A stretch of 20,000 nt of DNA, from positions 360,884 through 380,883 of the forward strand of contig JBEWZL010000098.1 in the NCBI GenBank assembly GCA_045837725.1, in the 5' to 3' direction. A program made the position numbers and the translations under genes. Below, piece by piece: positions 1 through 12,982 of the stretch. Source of the stretch: Vermamoeba vermiformis. Its lineage: Eukaryota. A model generated the notes under the pieces. It searched no databases and was not told the origin of the DNA. It was given only the letters and a program-made list of their open reading frames with translations. Position 1 is the first letter of the stretch. Each line of letters starts with the position of its first letter.

Positions 1-1114
1 TAATTGCACAGCCAACTGAGGTCGATCCAGCAATCGAATTTCGCACGTTTTCTTTATCTTCGTCCATTTTACCAGCTCCAGAAGCGATCGAAAGCACATC
101 TGAGTGACGAACCGATCTGTTTCTTGTATTAGTTACCAATAGAGCGATAGAACGTCACTTACTTAGCAAGGGACAATCTTGTGGCCATCGCTGGTTTGAG
201 CTGTAAGGCGAGAATTAAGTTGTTTGAAAATTCACCAAATAAGGAAATTCCTACCGATTGGGTGATTTCAGCGAGCTTGCCTTCCAGTTCATCAATCTTC
301 AATTGTTTCTCGAAAACTTGTTGCTTTAGCGCTGCAATCTGTTAAACGAAGGGTTAGCCGACGTCCGAAGGCGTGTGTTACAAGTTGACGTACCTCTGGT
401 TCGGATGAGGTGTTAAAGCTCATTTGGTCCAATTCCATCTTCGTTTCTTCCAAGGATTTTTGCAGCGAAGCAATCTGCGATAGTTAGTTTCACTGCCATG
501 GATTACACTATCTAATTTTGTACGTACCTTAGAGTCCTTTAAGTTGACTTGCGCCTCTAAGTGGCTCATTTGATTCTTGTGCAAGGCTTTGAGTTCGCTG
601 AGTTGGTTTGCGTGACGCGCGTGCAAGAGATCAATGTACTTCTTTTTGTCCTCGAGCTGACTCTGCGCAAGAAAACACTAATTAGTCGCTAATCCTATTA
701 ATTATTCTTGATTATACGTACATTAACGCCTTTTAACTGCGCCTCAATTGTCTCTCGACGAGAGACTTCCTTTGTCATGTTTAACTGCCAGTTTTGCTCT
801 GTTTTGTTCAATTTGTTCTCGTACTCCAGAACAGATTCGCTCATAGACTGTATTCTTTCCTTCTCTTTGTAGAGTTCCTGGAGTATTTGTTCTTCTTGTG
901 CCTTAGCTCGTTGAATTTCTGTTTTGTAGTGCGAAATCTGTGACTCGATCGCAGTTGATTTGCGTTCAGTTCGCCGATATAATACATAGATAAATACACA
1001 TTGAAGTATAGCTAAGATACGAATTAGTAATCTAACCAAGCCAGCAATAATGAAATAGTAGATCGATCTTGCAATGTCGAACGTACCAATTATTAGATAA
1101 GTGATTGGTGCCAT
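1..1114 (-). CDS. Membrane-anchored coiled-coil protein, 3' end beyond the window (exons 1114-722, 662-528, 474-394, 338-255, 200-163, 116-<1)
   Basis: Five GT-AG introns of 46-59 nt join the pieces into one open frame. The N-terminus is hydrophobic (YYFIIAGLVRLLIRILAILQCVFIYVLY), followed by E/K/Q/L-rich heptad-like sequence (QIQRAKAQEEQILQELYKEKER, IAALKQQVFEKQLKIDELEGKLAEI). Confidence 0.8.
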
Positions 1115-1439
1115 GTTATGCTATTTTTTGTTTTCAACTATACAGTTATAGGGTATATAAATATTTACAAAGCGTCAGATCTTCGATCGAATGCCAAAGT
1201 CTGACGATTATTTACTGGTAAGCTTAATCACCAATAAATAATGTGTAGTTCTTACTGACGTAGACTAACAAAATGAATCGGGACCGAAAATTTAAATTTT
1301 GAGTTACAACGGCTAGTAGGAAATGCGCGGTTCCGGTCATTCTATTTTTCCGCACGAGTGTTCTACATCCAACGCGCTCGTTGCTTAATTTTGCATTTAT
1401 TGGTCAAAGGCGTGAGAGGAGGCTTCTCTTGGATTAAGG

Positions 1440-3110
1440 ATGGTGATCCAGAACCTGCGTACGTTTCAGAAATTCAATACACTTTCTAGAGGCATTAATA
1501 ACATGACGTAATTTTAAATAATTGGTTTCGTAATTTTATCATCCCGCGCGCTGTAGTTTTGACGGCATCTAAGTTCGATCACATTTTTAATGTTAATTAG
1601 GATCAGCCAATTAAATTTGATACTGTTACTAATATTGTCCTAGATTATATATTTGTTTTTGTATGCACGGTGACCTTAACATCTGGATTTTTGCTCAACA
1701 AACCCGATCTGTCGAACTTAAAAACGTTCAACATTCTAGATTATGGAGCTAAAGGCGACGGTAATACATCAAATACAAGAGCAATTAATATGGCGTTAAT
1801 GGAGGCTCAGCGTAACGGTGGTGGCATCGTACTCGTACCTGAAGGCAGATTCGTCTCTGGCGCGTTTCAAGTGACTGGTCAGAACATCTATTTGCAAGTA
1901 GAGGGCGAACTCCTCGCTACTGACGATGCATCTCAATACTACTGCTTGCCTTCCGTTACCTCCGACACAGGGCCATGCGACTATCCATTCATCGCGGTAT
2001 TGAACGGCAATGGCATCGGTATCATTGGCAGCGGCAGTATTAATGGCGGGGCGAACAGTCCACCCGGTCATTTGGTCGCGAAATATCTGCCCGACTTGAA
2101 CTTCTTGGTGCCGAGTGAATGGAAACTGCCCAATTGCACGGGCTATTCGTGCAGACCCAAGCTGCTCGTGATCAACAACTGCACTAATGGTAAGCACATA
2201 TTGTCATTGCGTAGTCGTGTGCTAACAATTGGTAGCGCTGTTCAAGTCAGTCTCGTTGCTGAACAGCCCGTTATGGACGGTGACTCTCATCGCCTCACAT
2301 CACGTGGAATTTGACGGCGTGAAAATTATCGGCGACAAGCGCTGGCCCAACAACGACGGCATTGATCCAATTTCAGGCTCGTTTATCACCATCAAGAACT
2401 CCAAGATTATTGCGGGCGATGATTGTATTTGTCTCATCACGCACACGCACGAGGACATTCATGACGTGCTGGTTGAAGACTGCGAGTTTGAATCGAGTTC
2501 TGCGGCACTAAAGATTTCAGCCTTTGAATCGACAGCTACTGGTGCCATCTTCAACGTCATGTTCAGAAACAGCAAAATTACTGATACGAACAGAGGTCTC
2601 GCGATTATGCCGCGATGGGGCACTGGTCAGATCTCGCAAGTTGTCTTCGCTAACCTTACGATGGAAACGCATTACTTCTCCAATGCGTGGTGGGGCAGTG
2701 CTGAGCCTATTTATATTACGAGCATTGACTCGTCTACAACGCACTTTTGGAATGGCGCCATCTCTGACATCAAGTTCTACAACGTTACGGCACACAGCGA
2801 GAACGGCATTGTGATCCGCACTCAAAAAGGCAAAGAACAGATCCAAAACGTGTTTTTCGATCAAGTGCGCGTGACTATAGACAAATTCAGTAATATTTCT
2901 AACCCAATGCACGACTGGCGCCCGTCTCCTCCGCCAGAAGTGGAGCCGTGCAAAGTCGATGGCTTTTACATTGACAACGCGGACTACGTTATCATCACCG
3001 ACAGTACTGTCACCTACACGCAACCTTCGCAACCGTTCTATGGCGAATGCATGAATCGCACGAGCTCTGTGCACCACGTTGTCGTTAGCAACTTTTTCTG
3101 CACAGAGTAA
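1440..3110 (+). CDS. Secreted glycoside hydrolase family 28 (polygalacturonase-like) protein, ~479 aa (exons 1440-1458, 1644-2189, 2236-3110)
   Basis: Splicing gives a signal peptide (MVIQNLHYIFVFVCTVTLTSG). The protein has the N-terminal FNILDYGAKGDG..NTRAI..A motif, NSPLWT, and the catalytic NNDGID and GDDCI motifs of GH28 beta-helix enzymes. Intron 2190-2235 (GTAAGC..CTAAC..TAG) joins ORFs 1670 and 2229. Confidence 0.92.
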
Positions 3111-3558
3111 ACTAAATATTGTGGTGAACACAACGCGACAAATGATATCACATCATATCATTTACATCTTTGTTGTAAAATCAGAAGAATTTAGAGTCGA
3201 CATGTAATTTGGCATGACTTTGTAAACCAAGTATCTTCCGAATCCAACAGCGGCCATTACTAAAACGTAGTGCTAAGCCTAAATAGACGAAGTGCTAGGG
3301 CCTTAGGTACATGAAGACAAGTCAATCGGAGTCATAAGAAATTTTCTTTTTTTTTAGATTTTTATTTAATTGCATCTGCGTAGGCTGGGCATCCTGTATA
3401 ATTAATTAAATATTTAATTCGTCGAAATTACAACGCAGCAATATTTAATAAATAATTTTGCTCGTGGAATAATGCGTATTCCAAATTTAAAACTCCAATT
3501 AATTCCCAACGGCCATTTCATTTCAAATCATCAATTCAAGTTGTCAACCACATTTGAT

Positions 3559-6500
3559 ATGAAATTATGTATTTTATTTGTATGCTTGTTATTTATTCAT
3601 GTTGCACGAGCAGTTGGTAAGTTACACTGAAGGCCAGTAAGATCCGTTCAAACTTACCATTACAGATTCAACTCCTGGTTTTATAAAGCAGCAAATACAA
3701 CAGCTCGATAATGCACGACCACGAGCACTAATGTCATATGCAACTGGCACAGCTCATTTAGTGACAGCAATTGAAAACAAACTTGACACGAAACGTAACG
3801 CAGGTACACCACTTTTTTAGTATAACGCAAGCGTGTATGAATTATTTATTAACCAAGTACCAACCGATTTTATTAGTAAAATCAGTGGAGGAAGCGTTGG
3901 TAACATTTTTAGCATCGCATCCGTAGATTGGGATAACCGATCCAAGAAAAGAATTAATAGAAGTTGGAAGACAGGCAGATACCCACATTAAACAATGTAC
4001 TTATAAGCTATCAGCAGGTACCTACGGACATCGTATAATTACATTGAATTATTCCGTCCCTTTCTAATTCATGAATGTTGCAGTTGTACGAAGGTTTAAT
4101 TGTCGAATCAGCTCTATTAAAAGTCACATTTGATGCTGATAACACGGTTGTATCGTCATCCAGCACCATCATTCCGGATCTGAATTTATCTATCGTCCCA
4201 TCGATTATCGAAAAACAGGCCATCGAAATCGCAAGACAAGCGTTAACGAATAGCATGTAGGTTAGGGATAATACAAAGACATCGTATTAACAGTTTTATA
4301 ATAAGGCAATTCGATGCTGGCCATGCGGAGTTGAAGATCTACCGAACGGATCTGGCACGCGGAGTTGCGGGCACAAACCATCTAGCCTATCACGTTATAT
4401 TGAGCTGCATAGAACATCATCGCAAGCACTTTGCCTACGTCGATGCGCACAGCGGTGTTGTGCTTAATGAATTCAATCCCATTCACCACGCACTCAGTCG
4501 CCAAGTCAACCAATACAGCACTTCGCAGCGCTTGTTCAGCGAAGGAGATGCGACACCTGTGAACGGCGAAGTGAGAATGTTGACAGACACGGTGTGTCAG
4601 CAGTACAACATGATGAAAAACGTGGCCGGTTGGCGCAGTTGGGACTTGAGAGGTTCGTAATTTTGTCCTCGTGACACGTGTCATTAACTCACTCGCATGA
4701 CAATAGACGGCACGTTCATTATGGAAGTGAACGTCACTACGAATTCTATGGACGGCTGGGCCTGTCCTAACGCCATGTTCTACATTGATCGCTCGTATTA
4801 TTGCCCTGGCATGGGTATGGTGCCGATGTTACTGGTCACGAGTGGGGTCATGGCTATTCGGACATGGGTAATGCAGCACACAGTACTACCCGAGCACGTC
4901 TCAGAACTAACATTCCGTTATTAGTAGTTGGCTCGGGTGGATTTTTCTATCAATATCAAAGTGGTGCTTTGAGCGAGTCGTTCGCCGACATCATTGGCGA
5001 GACTGTGCAGCTCTTGTGGAAGCAGCCGCGAGAGTACACGCCGAGAACTAATCGTTCGTGCACTTTGACTGACCCCAACCGACGCTGGATCATTGGGGAT
5101 CAGATCACAGGCGTGTTGCCCTTGTTGAACTCCGATGGAAAACTTTACGGTACGTCTGTTAGACTAGCACCAAAAGCAGTGCGTTTAATGTCAATTCAAA
5201 GGTCTCCGTGACATGTACAATCCTAATTGTTACGGTGACCCAGCCACAACTGACGATGAACACGTGTGGTGCAATGGTGCTGATGGCGGTGGAGTGCACG
5301 CTAATTCAGGCATTCCCAACCAAGCCTACGCGTTGTTCACTGACGGCGGTGCATTTAACTCGGCAACGTTTACCGGCGTTGGATTGGTCAAAGCGTTTCA
5401 CATCTACATGCGTGGCTTGTCCAAGCACGTCCCTTCAACGACCTTCAGTCAACACGCTGATTTTGTCATGGCAGTACGTAGTGGAGTAGTGCCACTTGAA
5501 TATGTTCTAATCCGTACTAGGCTTGCAATGAACTCGTCACGAACAATGTCAATCTCACGGATCCATTGACCGGCCAACCTTCTGGCCTAATTGTTAGTGC
5601 AGCTGATTGCTCCACGTTAGGTGCGTTGCATAACGATAATACTGAATGCTCATTCGTATGTTAACTTTAAATTACAGCGGACGTGTTCAGTGCTACTAAG
5701 ATGAAGGCTACATCCTTCTGTGGTAAGTATTAGCGCTTTAACTAGGCGAAGATGATCAGTGCTGATCTCGTTGACAGGTGTCGGTGGAGTGCCAACTCCA
5801 GGTCAAGTCGAGCGAGGTCCATTCCCGTCAGTCATTTTGCCCATTGGTCTGGACAACGTCTATTGGTAAGCCAAGCTCTTCTTTAATTAACCACGAGTAA
5901 CATCGTGCTCAGGGAGACGTCACATTTCCTCGAGTACCAAAATGTTCAGTGCCGCATTGACAATGGAGCATCGTTCAGTGGCGGTGTCTATCAAACACAA
6001 TGGAGCGAGTACTCTTATTGCCCAATGCCCGCGCTAACTGGCGTGCAATCCGTTCAGCTGTACGTTAGCTACAACGGCACTGAGTGGTTTGGTCCCTACG
6101 AAGTTGCAGTCAAAGGTACGCGTAGTGTTGTTAGTCTCGTCATTCGCTTGTTAACAGTTTCCTCACGCAGGTGTTTATCGTGTCAGCTCGTACAATCCGG
6201 GCAGCGGATCATTCGAGGGAGGTACAACGCTCACCATCAACGGCCAGGACTTCATAGAAGGGTTCACTGGTTGCAATCCTGCAGCACAATCAACGAGTGA
6301 TCCTGATTGCGCTGTTTGTTTCTTCGGCACCAGCGTGACCTCCGTTGCAGTGCCAGCGACTGTGGTATCATCCACGCAAATCAAGTAAGACTCGGTGACA
6401 AGTCTTGATTTCGCTCGTTCTTATTCAAGTGACAGATGTACTTCGCCTCCGTGGCAATCTCTCGGCACGCCGGACACGACGATCAGTTTCTCAATTGCAA

Positions 6501-6811
6501 TGAATTACTATTTAGCTCTCGGACCGTTTGAATTCACTTACACTGCACTTGGTAGTAAGTCAGACACTGCTCGACAAAAATATTAACCGTACACAGGTAC
6601 GCCGATAGCACAAGCAGTCAACGTGACACAAACTCCGATTGATTTGTATCCACAACACGGTGCACCAGTAGCGTCAACTGCTCCAGTACCACCAACGGAC
6701 ACGGGCTCATTGCCCAATGTGACTGTCAGTGCGCCACAGGCGAAGCAAGTCTCTTCGGCCTCCAACGTCATTTTCAAGCTGTGGTTGTTAAGTTTTATTA
6801 TGTACATTTGA
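3559..6811 (+). CDS. Thermolysin-family (M4) zinc metallopeptidase with signal peptide, propeptide, IPT/TIG-like domains, S/T/P linker and GPI-like C-terminus; about 13-14 introns; apparent frameshift near 4815
   Basis: Signal MKLCILFVCLLFIHVARA; PepSY-like AYVDAHSGVVL; CPNAMF (NAFW equivalent); HEWGH at 4837-4851; GALSESFADI (third zinc ligand); GGVHANSGIPN. The IPT/TIG signature PGSGSFEGGTTLTINGQDF...IKCTSPP and a hydrophobic end (VIFKLWLLSFIMYI*) follow. Exon structure at 3800-4020 is ambiguous. Confidence 0.88.
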
Positions 6812-6832
6812 TAAACAACTGCTTTACGACGA

Positions 6833-9800
6833 CTAATCGTCTTTTTTCACTTTTTCAACGACTTGCATCATTTTGCGCCACTCGTGCAACAATGAACTGA
6901 TGGTGTACAAAAACGCGTTGAATTTGAGCATTTCAGGGTGCCATTTGTGCAATTGTTTTGAATCGATTTCGTTCTGTCTCGTCATTCGATGACGTTTTTG
7001 AATCTTTTTCAACGTTGCCTTGATTTTCTTCGTGGCGATGTGATACGTGGGATGCAACGCACTCGTCGTCATAAATCCGCGGAATAAGTGCACTTGAATC
7101 TCCGCAATTTTGGAGATCTGTTGGAAGTCCTTTTCTAACGGTTCGAAGACGCCTTTGACCATCTCGGTGCTGAATCCGCCGTGCAGAGCTCCTTCAGCGG
7201 CGCTCAGTAAAAACACCAAGTTCGACATGTGCTCCATGAATGTAATGTACAGGTGTCGCTTCAATTGTCGAAAATACAGTTCTGACTTGGCTTCCTTTAA
7301 CCACCTATTTTCAACATCAGTTGGATAACTCAAAGAAGACATTTCGTAATACTCACTTGCTCTGCACTTGTATCGTCGAATTGAGCTCAGCGACTTGAGC
7401 CGAGACGTCAATGTGATTGATTTGGACTTCAGAGACAGACAGAATTGAGTGCATGATGTCAGCGCACTTCGATATGGTCGTCAAGTAACTTTCTTTCAAT
7501 CGTCTGTACGTTAGAACGGGCCACGGCAAGCTCGTCAGAATACCCAGAATTACACCTAGGAGATGCGTTATGTAAGTCCAAAAATAGCTCTTTTACTTAC
7601 CGGCCAGAATATTCAAGAATCGATACAACACGGTCCAATCCATCCAATTAATATTTGGATACGAGGGATAGGCAATGATCAAGAACGTAAGTACGGCCAC
7701 CACCCTGAAGTAGTCGTTATTAACTAAAGAAATAAATATTGAAGAAGCGACTTACATCGAGTACGGTTTCTGATAGAACTCGCTGTACTGAATGTACGTG
7801 GCAAGGAAGCAGAACACGAATGTGAATGCGATCAATATTGCCAGTGGATTGGCGTACGTGCCTGCAATCATCGTCACGAGTGCCACTGCAGCACCGATTA
7901 ACGTGCCAATAATGCGATGTACGCCGCGCTTGAAAGTGGCCCCAACAGTTGGCGTCAGAATGATAATGAATGTGATCATCGTCCAATACGAGCGCACGTT
8001 GGGCAAGATCATTGCCACTGCACCATCGGTCAGTCATTAATATTGTTTCGCCGTTACACTTACCGTACACGGACGCCACGCTGATGATGGCTCCGAACAC
8101 GGCCAATCTGATCGGATATTTCCACTGTTGATTGTGCCATATTTGTTTGAAGTTTTGCAAGTATTCTTTTTGGGGCTTGCCAGTCTCTGCAATAATTCGC
8201 GTTAGTGCGGAACACGACATTAAAATACTTACTGTTGGTGATGTCTTTGAACACTAAATACACGTCCACGAACGGATACGCCAGGACACTTCTGACCGCG
8301 TAATTGTAGTGCCACGTCTTGTCGTGGTGAATCAGCTCGCTGAACTTGGTGACTGCCTCTTCGAGTGCTTGCAACTTTTCGACGAGCGTGATCAATTGCC
8401 ATAAATAGAAATTCATGCGCGTGACTTCGGCGGTCGGAGTGACTCTCAATTCACCGTTGTACTCCATGTCTTTAATCTGCTCGAGATACTCTTCGGAAAT
8501 TATGTCAATCAAACTGCGCAGCGTTGGTTTTCTGCTCGGATCTGCTGCGAACTTTGGGTGGCCAGCTTCAATGAGCAACATGTCTTCTTCTTCCAGCTTT
8601 GCGTAGTCTTTTGCTTTTGAAGTGAACACGTAGTGAAGTTTGTCGCGTGTAACGTCGACGTGTGCATAAAACTAAATATTAAAATAATTATAAATGAAAT
8701 ATTATAAATTAGTCGTAATAAAAATGAAATATTTAGCAAATGAGTAATTTAATTCGTCTTACTCGGTTCTGCAGCAATTCGATCTGCGGCATTAATTTCG
8801 GCAATATATCGTGCACAGTATTACTTCGTTTTACGAGGCCGTGTCCCAACGATATCTTCATCGTCACCAAGTTCGCGACGAGTGAGTCGAGTTTCTTGAT
8901 GATCTCTTCTTCTGCAGCGAAGATTTCGGGATTGACCCACCTGGCAGGATATCAATAAATGAAAATAAATAGCGTAGAGTATAATAAAAATACGATACCT
9001 CTCTAATTTGCTCTCCTCTAACATCGAATACAGCCAACGAATATTCTTGATTAATTTGTTCGAAATGTGCGTCAGTTTTCGCGTGTCTGCATCGCGTTCC
9101 AACTCGGCTTTCAAAATTTCTTTGTCCAATTCAGTCATTGCATCGCCGTGCACGATGAGCTCTTCTAATTTTTTGATTTTCATCGTCAATCTCGGCTTCT
9201 TTGACAGGCGCAGCAAGATCAATAACATTTTATTGCACCGCTTCAGTGTCAACGAGAATTCTCGCGGCAACTTGATCACCCACCGCGCTGGAAATAAGAG
9301 CAAGGACACGATGCAGAATATATATCCGATGACAGACAGCATGACGTACTGCACTGGCGGCGAGTAATAGTAATTCCGCTGAAAGTCAAACGGAGGCGGG
9401 AAAATCAGCACTAGCAGCAAACTCCAGCCAATGAATCTGACGCAAGTGACATGCAACAGTTTTGGATCTGCGGCGACGTACAATAATCCGATCAACGCTG
9501 TCCAAAAAGTAAACATTGCGATCCCGATCCAGACATTGTCGTGAGTGATCGGGTAAAATGCTAAATTTGGAATTGCTGCAACAATACCTGTATAATAATG
9601 AATAAATAACTTACAAATAAATAATATTTATATTTACGAACCAGAAGCCAGCAAATATTTAGCGGATTGGATAGAGCCACCGAGGCTATGACTGGCGGAC
9701 ATCAAGATCCCGACTAAAATTGTCATCCAAACGGGCCAAGCCCCAGCGGGATCTAATATAACGTAAGTTTGTGGTACGAACCAAAATACGGACGATGCTA

Positions 9801-9972
9801 ATATGGCACTGGTGACACGCAATGCCGTCCGAAGTCGAATGAGCGAGATCGAACAGTGCTTCGTGAGATGAATTTTATCTTTGTAAAGCCTGCAATATTT
9901 AAGTGATAATTAGTTATTAGACGTGAAAACGATTTCCATAACTTCGATCGAGCGTTTATTTTGCCGGCAAAG
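6833..9972 (-). CDS. FUSC/ALMT/aromatic-acid-exporter-like multi-pass membrane transporter (multi-exon; 5' end uncertain, extends at least to 9889)
   Basis: Two transmembrane blocks, each followed by a helical soluble region. The motifs WTMITFIIILTPTVGATFKRGVHRIIGTLIGA and YRFLNILAG..LGILTSLPWP are typical of the FUSC/ALMT superfamily. Several ~50-nt GT-AG introns link ORFs 9634, 8821, 8060, 7752 and 6833. Confidence 0.82.
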
Positions 9973-10993
9973 CTTTATTATTATTATTTTTATTGATAAC
10001 CGCTCGAAGTATGTAAACTCACCGTAGTAAAATAAATTACTAATAATTAAATTTACCTTTTCTTGGGTTCCATACGGTAAGTGCAAAGTTAAGGATCTGC
10101 TTGGCTTGGCGCGAATTGACGCGTGGTAGGCTGAATCACTGTTACTTATTAATTCAACAATTGTTGTCTCATGCGAGGTTTTGAACGTGGATAAACAAGT
10201 AAAATAAATTCCCGTCCAATTTTCAAAGGACGGACGTGCGCCGTCCCAAGTTCTTAAAATCCGACAAACTGTGCACAACATGAGAGATTTTGTATATGGA
10301 TGTTACAAGCTCGATGCGTAAAGCTCCTCGTTGAGACTGTAATTCCGGCCTTGATTCCGAGGTAAATTCAAACTAATTCTAAAAATGAATGGTTTAAATC
10401 GTTTAAAAATACTAGAATTATTTTGATTAATTTTCCATCATTTCTAGGCTTCAAAACTGCATCATCCAAAATTTTGGACCGAATCTGCCCAATCAGGCTA
10501 ATTCGAGCAAACACGCGCCTTGTGCAAATCTTCGGGACTATTTTTAATACGAAAGAAATCATCACGGCGAAGAGGTTCAGCCGTGTAAGCGCGTAAGTTT
10601 ATTATAACCTATTTTGATCTATTTATTAAACAAATATTGATTGATAATACGCCAACACTGACTGCTTATAGATCAGGATTGGGCGTGCGGTTGATGGGAA
10701 GCCAACATAATTTAATAAGGGGCGTCAAGTTCAGGCCACTTCAGTGATTCCAAACGTGTCGCGTTAGGCGAAGGTACTTCCTTCCAGATATTTTAAGTGC
10801 CGAAGGTTCGGGAATCGAGCAAAGAATATTCTAGGTGACATTTTAATGCGCTGTCAAAGTGAGTAGTTGAAAGATTTTTCTTCTTCTTTCAGAACTTGCG
10901 CGTCCTCTTGTGAATCAAAAAATATACAAAGTGATTCGCAATTAACAAATCATTTTATATTTAATTGTTAACAACGCTACCAGCAATATCATT

Positions 10994-12163
10994 ATGTTGG
11001 CGAAGTCCATCGTTCTTGCCTTCGTGTTGCTCTGCGGATCTACTTGGTCGACCCGAACCTTTGAGCGAACCGTAAGTATTACGCTATTTATTACACTTAA
11101 AATATACTGATGTTTATTAGAAACTTTATACGACCCGAAACAGCCCAGCGTTTCAATGCCCACATTTAATTGGAGACATTGCTGGATCCGGTCGAAATGT
11201 TTCTGCCCTTGACGGCAATGGCGCTAGCGTGCGCATATTCCAACGTCAATCGGACTCTAACGATTTTTACAACAATGTCACCAGTATGTCAGTGGATGCG
11301 GGAGGCTACGTCATCGACACTAACAGCAAATGGTTCTCGTGCTTGCATCCGTCCGGCTACTCTTTACTATGGCAGGTCAGTTCGCATGGCTTCGTCTACA
11401 ACGAACAGAAGTTTCAAACTGGTGGAATTTTCTCTCTACTTTTAACGGATGGCAGCTACATCACAGTAGTGACGGCTAATTCATTGGACACATATCGCTA
11501 CAACTCTTCTTATTTATGGAGCCTTGACAACTCGTTTGCATTCCAGAGGATCCTGCTTTACCCCTGTTTGGAATTTCAACAACCGAAGATTCTTTTGCAA
11601 TCCTTGATGCGGTCTATGCCAGAGTTCAATTATACGCTAGACGTGGTTGGTCGTGGTATTATATGGACGTTGTGCCTTTAGTCACCACTTTGGGCATTCC
11701 TCGAGTTATTGTTCCCATCAGCAATGGACGCAAGACTTTGATCGTCTCTTATGCTAATACCGTTGAAACTCCTTCAATTCCTTCTGGTGCTGTCGTCGTG
11801 CACACGAAAACAATTGGATACTGGCAACCCTCTGTCATATTAGCGACAGATCTCAGTATCAAACCAACCGCTGAATTTGGATCTGCACTTCTAGCACTGG
11901 ATGATAAAAGAGTTTTTATATCAGCACCTAAAGCAGGATATGATGCCGATCATCAAACTGGTGGCCAAGTCTTCTTATTGAACCAATTATTGAATGGCAC
12001 ATGGGCAGTGACAAGAGAGATTGTAACAACAGAGCAGCCCAAAGTGTTGTTTGGCACTGGCCTTGCACGAACTGACATGGATGTTATCATTGCTGCTGGC
12101 CAAAGTACATTTGCCCAGAATTATTGCTATTTGTACACTGTGCCGTTTTATCAACTTTCATGA
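10994..12163 (+). CDS. Secreted beta-propeller-like (FG-GAP-like) protein (exons 10994-11071, 11121-12163), with an apparent frameshift near 11541
   Basis: Signal peptide MLAKSIVLAFVLLCGSTWS; intron 11072-11120 (GTAAGT..TAG); FG-GAP-like segments FGSALLALDDKRVFISAP...GQVFL and FGTGLARTDMDVIIAA. The frame changes between ORFs 11229 and 11663 with no usable intron. Confidence 0.65.
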
Positions 12164-12982
12164 TTTTAAAATGATCTGAAAATTATCATTGAATAAAACT
12201 GTTAAATTAAAACAACAATTAATGAATTGAGTCACACAACCTGCCTTTGGTACCAACTTAGTGGTAAAGATACATGTGTGGTTAATTATTTTCTGAAACC
12301 AAAAATGCAAAAGTTTATTAAAATAAACTAAAACACAGTGCTTAGGATACTATGAGTCCCTAGCAACTTTTCAATTGATTTTCAATACAATCAATTCTCA
12401 ACAACAGAGCCATTCTTGGTTCATTGACATTGGCATTGTTCTTTTTTAGTACATTTTTGTAAGATTTGTTTCCAATGACAGTTGCACTCATTGCAAATGA
12501 TCTGAGGAAATTTTACTTTCAGGTTCAACTAAAGATTGTCCATCAGATAACTGTAATGGATGGTTATGGAACCTGTGGAAAGTTGTATTCCTCTTTAATT
12601 TGGTGATTGACCTTGGCCCACACATCAAGGATGAAAATGAAGAAACTTTCAAGTATGGTACCTTCCATTGGTTGCTTTCATTTGCTGTTTTTGACTGAAA
12701 GATGAAGATTAGAATAGAGTTAAAATAGACATGATTCAAGCCACTTACATTGGATATGGCAAGGTCCACGAGTCTCAGTCCTGAAGAAATTCAATTTTTC
12801 GAAGAAATGTTCGGAAACTGTAATAATTCATACAACTAAATTAAATAAATAGTACGTTAAAAACAAACAGAGCATGCTAGAGAAAAAACAAAGTTTATGA
12901 AAAAGAATTTTGCATATGAAAAAGATGTATTTATTGTAAAACAAAACCTGCTACAGGCAAAAAGTTTTACAAGTCAAATGCC

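Noticed and set aside
1796-9367. Antisense or alternate-frame ORFs (1796-2197, 2517-3131, 2524-2814, 4382-4684, 7110-7328, 7792-8040, 9008-9367 and similar)
   Set aside because: They are shadows of well-supported genes on the other strand or frame.
9910-10565. ORFs 9910-10281 and 10368-10565
   Set aside because: They have non-ATG starts and no protein-like features; probably intergenic or part of the transporter's 5' region.
12488-12769. 93-aa minus-strand ORF as a gene
   Set aside because: It reads through an apparent intron (GTAAGT..CTAAT..TTTCAG) and no convincing spliced ORF could be built; at most a decayed remnant.
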